Shown: positions 23,256-36,000 of the stretch, piece after piece
Layout: every line of letters begins with the position of its first letter
Position numbering within the stretch: the stretch's first letter is position 1
Assembly: GCA_973895155.1 (NCBI GenBank)
Contig: OZ316893.1
Location: 21,250,955 to 21,314,954, forward strand
Source of the DNA: Marsupella aquatica
Taxonomy: Eukaryota; Plantae; Marchantiophyta
Length of the DNA stretch: 64,000 nt
Direction: 5' to 3'
Notes under the pieces: generated by a model
Seen by the model: the letters and a program-made list of their open reading frames with translations, nothing else
Told to the model about the DNA's origin: nothing
Databases searched by the model: none
Made by a program: the position numbers and the translations under genes

Positions 23256-25605
23256 TCATCTCAAATTGACTACACGGAGCTCATATCCACCATGAGCGAA
23301 GTGGCAACGGTCCGCAAACGTGCAAGTACCCTGGAGGAAGTTCTTGCACATCTTCGTCTTGAAGCTTCTGGAGCCCACAGGAGAGACCTTGGTGGAGAGC
23401 AGCTCTTTGTCCGTCATGTACTGTCTCACCATAGCGCTTGCCTGCTCGATTTGCTCGAGGGACCCCTCCATCTCCACATTCCTCAAGTTGGCGTCCGTGG
23501 TGTGCTCTCTGATGGACACTTTGGCTCCCGTCACTCGGTTGATCTCCTTCACGTTCGCTCCAGCCTTGCCGATGATCGCTCCAGCGAAAGCTGCGCCGAT
23601 GCTCATCTTCTTGGTCGTGGTTGGAGAATCGAATCCAAGCCTGCTACTTGTTCCAACCGGCGATGAAAGAGAAGCTGCAGGGGAGCTGACGTCCAGGTAG
23701 TACTGGTGGTTGAAGCTCCCCCCGTTGTCGAGGCCCTGGATGGACCCGGTATCCAAGCTGAGGCTTAGGTTCGATGACTGTCTGGAATAGTCACGAGGGG
23801 AGCGTCCGCTGATGGAGCTGCCGAGGGAGCGAACAGACAGAGAGCGAAGCGGAGAGGGGTTCTCGCTCTTGCCTCCTGCTGCTTGGTGGAGGTCGCTCTT
23901 CCCATGCGCGAATCTGCACTTGTCTCCGTATTTGCAACCCTCCGGCGTATTGAAGCGGAGGCAGAGGCGGGTCTTGTAAACGCTGGGATCGGATTCCTCA
24001 CCGCCAACGTCGTCTGATTGAATGGTGCTGTTGCTGTTGTTGCGGTGATGGTTAGATCCCAAGATGCTGCCGCCATTTCGTCCTGCAAAGTCAACCAAAC
24101 AAGACGCCCGCGCCGGATGGCATGGCCGCCGGAGCCCTTGAGGAAATTGACGACCATTCCGCTGTACTACAGTAGCAGCGCATCAATCCTACTCAGTCTA
24201 ATCCAGTGCAAGAAAAACCATTGCGGAGAAAACCATTGCTGTGTCGTCTCAGTACTTCTCTTCAGAAGAAGCTCAATACTGAGCTCTAATCTGGTATTCC
24301 TAGGTTCGTAATATCAGTACCGTGGTCCGCTACAGTATTAGTTCAGTCAAGGGGCTGGCTTGGTGCCGATGTTTGTGCGGAGCTCTTTATTCGTGCCGAG
24401 GTTTACTCCTCTTCTCTCGTTTTGTCTCTTTCACTGCGATCGTTGCTCCTACTCTAATGGGAATTGTCTGTATCTCAGGGATGAGTCGTTAGCTGTGTCC
24501 GACGAGCGCTAATCTGATATCCGCAAAGTGGTCAAGAAGTATCCTTTTTAAGGTCAGTGTTCGTTCCTTCTTCGTTTCAAATGCCGTCTGGCTGTCCAGT
24601 ACTTTTCTGTTTCTCCCTCTGCAATGTTTCTATCACCTTCTGCAGCCCCGATTGCTTTTGTGTTTGTGTGTGGAATGGATTGCCTGGTGGTAATGTCGTA
24701 TATTGCAACTTTTGGGTCCCACTGATGTAACCTAGCGTGTTGTTCCGACATGGCTCGGCCCGAAGACCTCGAAAAAGCCGAGTAGAGTATCTATTAAAGT
24801 AGAGAGCTTCCGCTTGTCAAGTCAATGAGAAAGTAGATAGTTGCCTACATCACCACAGACGTCTGGAGTCCATACTGTCATTCCCTGGCAATCTAGTGCG
24901 GAAATGTGGGTGCAGCATTACAGGAGACGACTGAAGAAAGAAGCCTACTGAAGAAACACGCCTACCTTAGCTCTACGGCATCCCGTGTGGACTGACCAAA
25001 GCCTACGTTAGCTGCGCGGAATTGGATATATCGGTCTAGTGGATCAAGAGTCGGTAAAAGTGCACCCGAATATCTACCTCGCTAAATTTTTGATATTGTT
25101 CTTGTGGGTGACATCATTAGGATCTCCTGGGTTTTACCAGTGTAGAAGTTTGCTGTTGGGAGTTCATTACTCGTCCACAAAATTATTCGAGACGGCAGAA
25201 GACACGACACGACACGGGCGTCGATCGAGATGAGCTTGATAACTTAGCTTAGTTCACACCGGAGACTGCGTCTATTGTGGTTATTCCAGTATATCCGAAA
25301 GTGACTACACAACGGCCAGATATCGTCCATTAGTGTTAACATCTAGCGGATCGAATCTGTGCATCTCATCATGAACAGGGGTCGTAAATTGGGACTAAAA
25401 TCTACAGTATTTGGTATTGCGTAGGAGTAAATAAAATTTCCCTCGGGGATGTATGGTGCGAATTCTGGGAATAGGTTTGTGAGCATTTTCCGAATAGAAA
25501 AGAGGAGGGAAAGGGAAGCTAACCTGAGTGGTGATGGTTGTTGGAGTCAGTGCTATTGAAGGAGTGACTGCGAGTAGCCATGGCATAAGATTTGTCGGCG
25601 TTCAT
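23256..25605 (-). CDS. CCCH zinc finger - KH - CCCH zinc finger RNA-binding protein (KHZ1/KHZ2-like)
   Basis: Exon 1 is 25524-25605 (MNADKSYAMATRSHSFNSTDSNNHHHSG, phase-1 donor GTTAGC). It joins the acceptor ttgcag at 24082, and exon 2 is 23256-24082. Domains: YKTRLC-x8-C-x5-C-x3-H, a KH domain with the IIGKAG loop, and FKTKMC-x7-C-x5-C-x3-H. A 5'UTR intron acceptor lies near 25678. Confidence 0.88.
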
Positions 25606-27008
25606 CTCTTGTACTGCTAAGATGGCCGAGGTGTAGGAGTTGCCGTGGTTTTTGAAGCTGCCCGGCGTGCCCCAACGCCTGCACAAAAGAAAATAAATGG
25701 AGAAAGGGCCAATAAATAATAAATGGGAAATAAAGCGAAAGCTGGAAATTTACTGTCGGGCTTGGGCTCGTGAAAAGTTAGAGACTGGAACAAGCCCCCG
25801 TTAAGTATGATATAATTCGTGCAGATAATAGATATGGGTAATATAGTCATGAAATGACCTAATAGTGAATAGTCTCCGAAACCATCCCCTCTTGAAAAAA
25901 TCAAGAATGAAAACTCTAGATTGATGAAGGAAATCCGCGCCGGTTCGAGCAGAACCCATCTAATTCACCTTGTTGATTTCGCATTGTGGAGGCCTACGAA
26001 TCAATAGTTTCTGACAAACGAAAATATGGACCGTAGTTGCAGCTAACATGGGCTCCGAATTGCGCGCAACGCCAATCATTTGCTGAAAAATTGGAGAATG
26101 CTGTGCAGCTCCATGTCTTCTTTCCAGATAAGATGATAAGATGCTTATGGAAAGGCCAAACGGAAATTGTAATATCTATTTCTTAAGCAGCACCATGGGG
26201 ACAATTCGTAAATCTTCTCACAACTTTGACCGAACCAGCTCCACATGTTCCTAGGACCAAAATTTACCTTCATATATCAAAGTGCCAAAGGTTAAGAACG
26301 CCGAATCTGGTGACAGGGTTTATACCAGTAGTATACAGGTACCTATCAAACGTCACAGTAGCCAGATAGCTATCATCCAACACGCCAGGTACATATCATA
26401 TAGACAAAATGCGCCATACATACCACAGTAACGTTTTACTCATAGCCGGTACTCACTGCTGTAATCAGTTTACATGATCTTTGCTCAATTGTAGAACATA
26501 CATAACGAAATGTTGACCGAATGGGACACAGACCTTCAACAGACAGCCATGTGAAAATAAATACCCGACCTTTCCAAACCCACAATCGGGCCCACAATGA
26601 GACTAGCTTGAACTACAAATGTAGCAATGTCACATTGCGCCGGCGGCGGGTATATCGAATTAGTGTAACCTGTGGTTTTAATTAAAATCCATACACGACG
26701 TTCCGAAGCCAAATTGAGCTGTACAAAAGTAACAAAATCATTTCAATTATATCCCCCTCCAACTCTCGAAAAGAATCACAATTATGTATACGTGGTGACT
26801 ACGTATGGCTACTTTAGTAAACCTAGTCTTTGAATTCTCGGTTTGTGCCAAAGATTCGATGTCAATGCTGTAATCAGGTGGAGTAAAGTGGGTCAAATTA
26901 CAAAGTGGGACAATCAGTCCGCGCAAGAATGTTCAGAACCAACATATATTTTTCCCTAAAAAGTACCACCAAACATGGCACTTATAATTATATCCCCAAA
27001 CCATACAC

Positions 27009-30000
27009 TTACTCATGCTGTGGTTGTAAGAAATTGAAGGCGGCGTTGTCCCGTAGCAGTGGAGGAGCATCCACTTCTGACAAATCTACCTCTGTCATCG
27101 CCTTTGATATGTCATCCACAGTGAATGGAATACTGCGCAGAAAAAAACAAATACTAACTTCGTCAATAGTGTCACTCTGGGTTGCCTGAATAAAGACAAC
27201 CCACCTAGCATTCTAAGTGGTCAAACAAACCTTGACCTTACAAAACTCAAACAACATCGTGGACATTCCTTCGTTCACTGTTTACATAAGACAGGTCTGC
27301 CAGAATATTCGAACCTTGAGTCATCATCCAGCAAAAACGAGTTGCTGACGGCGCTATTGGAATCTTCAGTCATCAATACTCTCATATTTGCAATCACCTG
27401 CAAGGCATCAATGAGAATTTAGAATCAGATACATGCATAAGGCAATACAGCCAGTTTTAGCTGAGTGTATGCACAAAGAAAGTGATTCTGAACCCACCTC
27501 TGGAGAGACACTGTGGGTACCATACTTGTCATCCCAGTACATAGTGCTGATGCGGTAGAGTTGTTGTATACTTAGAACCTGAAGCACAATTCAATTTCAG
27601 AACGTCTTGAAACAGAGCATCTTGGAAACACAACTGTGACAACCATTGAAGTGACAAGAGTACGCTATAGTGCATAGAATTGGCGGAATGCAGGAGAATT
27701 AAGGAAGATCTGAGGTACTTCACATACCGGACAAAGATCGTGTGTTATCTCATCAAGGGACTTCTTGGGTTTTTGATGTATGACCTGAAAACAACCAACA
27801 AAAATAGGAACGGGACCACATGAGAACTTGACAAAAAACAACAGGAGTTGTCGAGAATATGAACCACAAGTGGGGACAAGATGAATTTGCAGAACATATA
27901 TGACGTTTCCGCACTACTCTAGCATTCCCAACCTTTTCTACCTCGACAGTACCTCTCAAACACACCTGAATGAAAAAATCCTACTTGGGCCAAATGACAG
28001 CAGGAAAAGGGTGCCAGGAACGGCGATTTTAATAAGCAAAGCATTCACTCACCAAAAACCCAACAGCTTGTCGGATGTACTTGAGCTCATCCCAAGACGA
28101 GCCGGCATACTGCAGATGAATGCTCCTATAATTAGTCCTTGAGTTAATTGATTCGACCGACCTCGATGACCAATATATTCAATATAGTTCAATACAGAGA
28201 TTACGTTGCAATGTCAGCTGCATTCATCCACAGGTTTATTCACAAGCGGAGCAATTTACCTCCTCAGAAGCATCGTAGATCCAGTGTTCAAGCTCAGCAA
28301 GCCCTGCCTTCACATACTCTCCATTGCTAAACGAGCAGCATTCTCGTCTCAAAAGCAAACTGTTGTTCCAGTCAGTTCATAGTCATTAAATTAATCAAAT
28401 CTGGCATTCAATTCTTCGTACGATGTAATATAGGTTTAAGTAGACTTGTGAAATCTAAAGCTAGAAGACCGTACAATAACAGAACAGGACAGACCTGTTA
28501 AAAAGCTGTACATTGATGAATGAAAATATTTGCGTGAAGAGCTTGCGAACCAAGAAGGATGGCACCTATAAGCACCAATAGACAAAAAAGGGTCAGCTAG
28601 CTATTAACACGAGATTTCAGAACTCTTCATGTATCTCTTTGGAATAACAAAGGCAACGATTGACTGTCGTGCCATACTGAGACTCGAGGGAACCCAAGTG
28701 TAAAAAAGTTAGGTCTTGTGTTCTTGGACAACTCACATGAGTAGCTTTCAATGTGCTCAGGAGGGAGCTCAAGCTGCTGATAATGCTGTGCCAGTGACTG
28801 CTCAACGTTTGTTGATTCGACATATTGCTGACGGGTGACCTTGATGGCATTTTACCAAGGGTAGCCCTAGATGACCTTGGTGCCTGTATGACACAACGCA
28901 GATCGTCGAATTAGTCCTCACATAAAATCTCACAATTGAACTATTTACCTACCAATTGTAATTTACTATTATCCTTAAAATTGCCGTTGAACCAGAAAAC
29001 GTCCTGGCACACCTGAATGCAAAGACTTAATAAAGGCGATATCTCCTTCTTGAGGTTGTCTCGTATCATTCCATAAATTTTCTCAACATAAGCAGTGAGC
29101 TGCTGCTTAAAGAGCAAGGCGGGATATTTCGCCTCCACTTGCCGCAAAACATCCAATCCACCCATAATCGCTCCATTTCCGAAAGAAACTCCTCCCCCAG
29201 AAGGGGATGACCGGAAACCCTGGGTAATATACCACAAGTAGATCATCAGATGAACGGCTCACACCTTACCCAGCTACGGATTTAGAATCCTGAACAGAAC
29301 TTTAAAAAGCACTTCCACAGGCTCAGTGATGCTTCTAACTTCAGAACCAACAGTCAATCTACGTGTTCTGCAAACCATTCGTGTTAACAAAATGTCTGAC
29401 ACAATGAAAGGGCTGGCGATGACATCTATCCCACGGCAAAGCTCGTACTTGTGTCATGCGTCCAAACAGGGTGACAGAATTGGGTCTGCGACGTTGTGGG
29501 GTTCCACCCGCGGCACCAGTTGCTTTTAATGTGCGTTGAAGCAGGAACAGTAATGTGGACGCATTTGACAACCAGTAAGACAAGACCTCATTGTTCTCCT
29601 GGCTCTGCAAGACATTCGACATGGCAGTTGGAATGATTGTTCCGCAAAGCATTTAGAGCCAAAGCATAATTATGCCACGTGTGTAGTTCCATCGTGTACA
29701 ATGCTTTAATTACATTCCTGGTGACAAATTCATACTTGCACTAATTAATTGTCAAAACAATAAAAGGTGAACTTCAGCTTTGAGCTCTTACTTCTATGGC
29801 TGTTCCCACGGTTTGAATGATCCGGTCAAATACATTAGTCCTCTCAGCTTCAAATGAGCGCCACTGGAGGAGGGACTTGTAGATAATAATTGCAGCAACT
29901 GGTCTATCATGGCTGAATCCAACATCTTGCATGACAGACTGCAAAAGCGAATCTTGATTTTCCTGTAAGATCGTCATCCAACAATTGTCCATGTGAAATA

Positions 30001-33000
30001 ACTTTCTGTGACAACATAGTCAGGCAATGCTTTAAGCAATTGGTAGACAGAATAATGAATGATTGAATCCCTTGCACCCATCTGGGGTGCTAACCCTGAC
30101 GCGACCTAGATCACGCTTCAGCGGACAGGTGCGTCTAATTCGTTCTCATGAACTACGAGAAATCGAGCAAGGATCAATCTGATTGCTATGATAACTCATT
30201 ATCAGTCAGACCTGTTCACACTAGGTCAAAATGTGAGCGAATTAGAACGCCTTATACGACATTCCTGAATCCATGCACTACTTTATACGTACAACTGCAA
30301 GCCTTCTACTTTGCAAGGAGGTCCCGAGATTGGTGAAATTCATTATAATATTCTCCTACAGAACGATGGCTCCGTACCTGTTGTCTGTCAATTAGAAGCT
30401 TCTGGCGCCTCTGTTCTGTCTCGGAGTGGTCTCTTTCAATTTGAGCAGTGGTTGGAGTCTCCGGCTAGAAAATACACGAAGCAGAGTCAGGACCTGGTTT
30501 GCTAGCCTACATTCATCATTTGTGTACCAGCTTCACCGGTCAGTCAACAGTATATTGTATTAAGTGCTATACAGTTCCAAATTTGAACATTGCAGAATGG
30601 AACCGAACGTTCCATTGAATGTGGACGCTGAGTCTATAAAAGTTTCGAAAAGTACTTACAGCAACAACTCGGTGTTCGCCATTCCCAAGATAGCCATTCT
30701 CTGGACTCCTCTGCATACCAAATAGAAAGCAATGCAGGAGTGTCCATTTGATGTAAAAAACGACGTTCACATGAGATCCAGTGGTCTAACACCAAACAGA
30801 AATTTCCTCTGGCAACAAGACCAATTTACCAGGGGACCAAAACCTTCTATCAGAAATAAGGTAACAAGAACAAATCCATAACCATGAAATCAGACTCGCG
30901 AAAATTGAAAACAAGCAAAAATGTCCATCAGTTTGCTGAAGTTCGCAAACATCGTTATCTAATATTACCTGAAAAACTGTGGTTTTGAAACGACTACCAA
31001 GTCCCTTGGTCGGTGACATGACCAACGTTTGCTGGCGTAGAACTTGATTCTCTGACTCCATATTCGAAAGCTTCTCTTCCAGCCTAGAAAGGTAGACGAA
31101 AATGAAGATCAGATTAGTTTCCACTCCATTAAGGATATAGCGCGAAAATTGGACTATCATTTGGAATGACAAACAAATTCGAGGTTGATAAACAAGTAGT
31201 CGACACACGCGGAGTTTCCAATGCTAGAACAATGTAAAACATTTCACACGATACACCCAATGATAGAGTTATGCTAGACATGGTCCAGAAACTAGAACAC
31301 CAACATAAAACAAATGTAGATCAAATAAGGTGCAATCTCCGTGATAATTCACAGCTCTTGGCAGAATCAATCTTTATTCCAGAAATGTGTATACAAGTAC
31401 AAGGTTGATTCAGAACTTCTGATGGTCAATTTTACCCTTCGGGCTCTAGTTTTCTTCATCAGTTTTCTACAGTGTCGAAAAGATTTCCTAGAATAATTTA
31501 AATGCCTCTCTAGAAAGGCTCTCGCAACTCGCGATACTTTACAGTGGATCCTTTGACCCTTTCTTGTTCATGACTGCTAATCGAACCTTCTGCTTGAAGG
31601 TAAATCTGACTTCCACGCAGAGAATGAATATGTCGAACATAAATCCTATCCATGACTAGTACTGGATGTTAGTTTGCAAATCTAAATTAGGGAGGGAGAT
31701 ATAAATAGACAACTGATGAGAGGTGCATCTATTCTACCCGGCATAGAAGTACAAAAGAATTCTGCGTTTATCAGAAGAGGACTCTGATGACAGAAGGTTG
31801 CCTAAGCCTGCTAGGTGTAGGACTTGAAGGACATTTGGTCTCAGAGCTTTGATATGTCCTCTGATAGTCTACGAATTGTGCCACTAGAGGATCGACGCTT
31901 CTCAATGGGATTCTTGTTGACTGAGATGGAGGAGTTTTCGTGTCTTTCACATTTGGAGATGAGAAATAGCCTTTAGCTAGTCTTGGAGATGCAGGAGGAG
32001 AAGGCCTTAACGACGGGGAAGGAATCCTGGATATGGAAGAGGTAGAATTCCGCCTTGAAGGGGAAGGAAGCCGGGGTGACGGTGATGCAAGAGTTGGCTT
32101 TGCTGATGGGGATGGAAGTCTGGGCGATGGTGATGATGGAGTACGCTTTGCTGATGGGGATGGAAGTCTAGGCGATGGTGATGGTGGAGTACGCTTTGTT
32201 GATGGGGATGGAAGTCTGGGTGATGGTAATGCAGGAGTGCGCTTAATTGATAGGGATGGAAGTTCAGGCGATGATGATGCAGGGGAGTGCGTTGGTGATG
32301 GGGGTGAAAACCTGGGTGATAAAGATGCAGGAAGAGAATGCCTTCGCGATTGAGATATAGTAGAAATCACTTGGTTACTGCGAAATCCCCCCTTCAACAA
32401 GAAGGCGTGAGGTGCTGGGGGTGTTACAGGTGCTACTGTATCACCAGAAGAAGAGTCGCTGGATGAATCAGAACTTTTCTCGCGAACACTCAGAGGATCG
32501 GGACAAAACTTGACAGGCTTGAGAGAAAGAGAGCTTTCCAGTGCTTTATCTAGTTGCCGAACAGAGAGAAGGGCTTTCGTTGTAAGGGATTCTCCTGATG
32601 AGAGGGACTTCGGTGAAGGTTTTCCACGAGGATAGTGCAAGTCTTTCCCTCGTGTTGGACGAAACTTTGCGGAACCATTAGAGAAGGAGGTTGATATGGG
32701 TTGAATCCTGCCACCACAAGAATCACAGAGTGGCTTCTCTGGATCAGGAAGTTTTGCAACCCCATTTGGAAGTGGGGAAGTGGCATCAGGGAGTAGAGTC
32801 AGCAAATGGTTTGAAAGTGGGACGAGCCAATCCTCGGGCGTCTCACAAGGCATCTCTAATAGTTGGAAGGGCTTAGAAAGCCCACCAGACAGGCTGACAC
32901 CCAAGAGTTTGGTGAAATTGTCTTCATTTTTGTGGGGGGAGAGTAAACCCTCCAACATTTCAGAACACAGCTTCGAATCTTGCGCACTGGGCGCAAGTCC

Positions 33001-36000
33001 ATGAAGCTGGCTGCCAAGCCCCCACATGGGTCTTCGTAAACCGTTGGCCAGCCTGTCAAACAGAAGGGTTAGGGTTAGAAGTTGTTGCCTAACGGGTTTA
33101 GATGTCTCCTGTTAGCAACACTCGACCATTCCAATAATGCACTATGGCATTATCAGAGAAGTGATCGACGACAACTACCATGTGATTCATTAGTTTTCAC
33201 CAAAGTTATACAAATTGGGAAGATTGGCCACAAGCTTTGAAGGTAAAAGGTGAAGGCTCTATCCAACCTATTCACGGCCTCCTGCATCTGTTCAACCTTA
33301 GCCTCTGCCTCTTCTGCCCGTCGTGCCCTGTCTTCACTTTCCTTCTTCGCTTCAGCATACTTGTTCTCTGCTTCAGCAGCCTCGGCTGTTTTCTTTTCAA
33401 GAGATTCAATCATGGCCTGCCGAGACCCCAATATTAATCAGAGGTTCTCACAACATTTACAGAGAGTATCCATCAACAGCAGTTGCAGGTTTTTCCTCCA
33501 CGAAACAATCACAGAAACCCAGCAGAGAACACCCCTAAAGCTGAACCGTAAAAGGTACGAGTGTCAATGGAATACCTTGAGAGCATTGTTGTCCGCTATC
33601 AATTTTTCCACCTTAGCATCCGTGGCTTCAACAGAAGGAACTCTCTCAGCAGCAAGAACAGCCTGCCCAAGGGCAGCCTTATTTGATGCTCTTTCATTTG
33701 ACAGATCAGCACTTGCAGACTGAACTTGCAACTGCATCTCATGCATAGTAGCTTGAAGCTTGGAAATTTCTTGGGTCTTGGCGTCTTCAAGATCAGTCTG
33801 CAATTATCAAACACAAAGAGAGTCACTAATTATCAGAATGAAAGAGATTGTATTATTGCGCTCCAGCAGCAGCAACATGTATAATTCTTGGTTAAGACAC
33901 AACAAGATCACAACAAGAGTGAGCATCAATAAACCGCAATCACACCTCTGATACTGTTGCCACTTACAATGGAAAGCAAATTTAGGCCTTTTAAGAGGAT
34001 CCCAATCATAGATCAGAAACAGCACTTTGAGATAGCCCAAGACTTGCATCATGCAGTAACGAAATCAGATACATGTCGCTGAAAGACTGAACCGTTTATC
34101 AGTCAACGATTCCATTCGTAAAGTAGGGTTCTTACCCGCATTCGTTTCTCCAACTGCAGCCGCCATGTAAGCTCCTCACATTTTTTCTCAAGCATGGTCT
34201 TGGCTGCTTGCAGTGCTCCTGTTTCCTTAGCAGCCTAAGAAAAATTTTAATAACCCAGGTTAGCTCAACGAGAAAGAAAATTCCCATACACAGTACACCA
34301 TCATCTACACCGAAGTTTTCAGAGAGGACAAACCTGCTCAGACACGGTATTGGGACACAACTGCATTTACAAGAAAACTTCAATTGCAAAGAAACAGACA
34401 AGACTAGGAACACAGATAGTAACACAGGACATTTCTGCTGCGAGAACTCACTCTGCAGCCATAGGCATATTCAACACAAATAATCAACCACACTCACCAT
34501 TTTGAGGTTTCTGAGCTCTTTCCTAGCCACCCTGCTTCGCCATGCACACTGAAATGTAATAGCAGACTTCCGTAGATTCTTGTAGTCGGAGCGAGCTTTA
34601 TATCCTCGCAATTGTGTCTGAATAGATCAATAACATAAATACAAACCAGACACCAATGGAAAGTGTCAGTCTGAAACTTCAAACCATCAGACACTCAACT
34701 GACAGTGCAACTGAGAGGTGATATAGATATCCGTGCAAGGTTTGTATCAGAACGCAAAAGACCTCACATCGACGTATCTTCAAGCTTCGTAGCTACGCAC
34801 ATCACACAATTATAAGCTTTCTTCTTAGTGGAGAGTGCAATCGGCAGAGAGAGTACAAGTCAGGCCATACCTGCATTTTGATAGCAGCTTTTGTTTGACG
34901 TCGGAGTCGATACTCTTTGCGCGCAGCCATACCACGTACTCCAGACTGTATAACAATAGTTGCTTCGCGAGTTCTGTGATATGACTTTTGTGCTTGCCAT
35001 CTTCGAACATTTTTCTGTATAGCAACAGCTGCTGCTTCCTCTCTCATACCTTGATATAACTTTCGTGCGAGTCTCCCTCTCCAATGGGCCTGAATCGTTA
35101 TTGCAGCTTTCCTCTTGGCTCTGAACTCTTTTTGAGCCAGGAATGTACGAACTTGGCGCTGGACTATCCTTGCAGCATTGCTCAATACTTCGGCCCTCTT
35201 AGCATCCAGCTCTGCCATCTGGCCAGCCCTCAGAAAGACCTTCGTCTTTCCAACCTGATAGTTTGTCAGACCCATTTTCTGCAAAAGCTTCTCGGTAGCA
35301 CTCTTTTCATCATAATTTCCCTCAAGAAGTTCTGATGCTAATAGGCTAAATCTGTCGATGAACTCATCAAACGTCCGTCTCGTAGGATATCCAGCACAGC
35401 TGATTCTGACAGCCTCAAGGACACCACCACATCGAAGCTGCTGCAACACATTGGCGTTTTCGAAACGGCCGGGTTTGTTGAACATATTTGGTTTCACGCA
35501 TCGAATGTAGTGTGGCTCTGTTGTGTTCAGAGTCTCCATCAGTGCTTGAAGTTGTTGCTTAAATCTTGTACCAATCGAGGAGAACTTGTAAGAAGACTTG
35601 GAAGACTCATCAGAAGGTGGTGGAAAAAGCCCCGCCACGAATGGGCAATCTGATGAACCCAGCAAAGCTTGATGTTCAGCAACAACGTAGTCCTTATTCT
35701 TGTCTAGGAAAAGATCCGTCTGGTATGTTACATCCCCAGCATAGTGACTGATGGTGAAATCAGTCTGAGCAAGCTTTGGTTTGCTGAAACGCTTGTTTTT
35801 ACTGAAGCTCTGGAACAATTTCGTTGCAAATGTCTCATTTGTGGCCTTGGGGAACATGCTGCAGACAAATGTACCAGAGCAGGTAAGCTGTACGTTGAAC
35901 GAATGGGATAAATCATTGATAAAACAACATCCTAGCAAAGTGGCTTGCATCTTGCACATGATTGGTACATCCATTGCTGATTCAATTTTGTAGAAACTAC

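Noticed and set aside
23256-24098. KH-CCCH gene as an intronless retrogene starting at 24098
   Set aside because: The listed start is TTG inside an intron. A phase-compatible upstream exon with ATG exists at 25524-25605.
32033-32353. + strand ORF with DGDGSLG repeats resembling Ca-binding or ice-nucleation repeats
   Set aside because: It is the antisense shadow of the Ser/Pro repeat. The - strand frame is four times longer and splice-compatible.
33062-33080. (TTAGGG)2 telomere-like motif
   Set aside because: On the - strand it reads CTAACCCTAAC just upstream of the acceptor at 33052, so it is better explained as a branch-point region.
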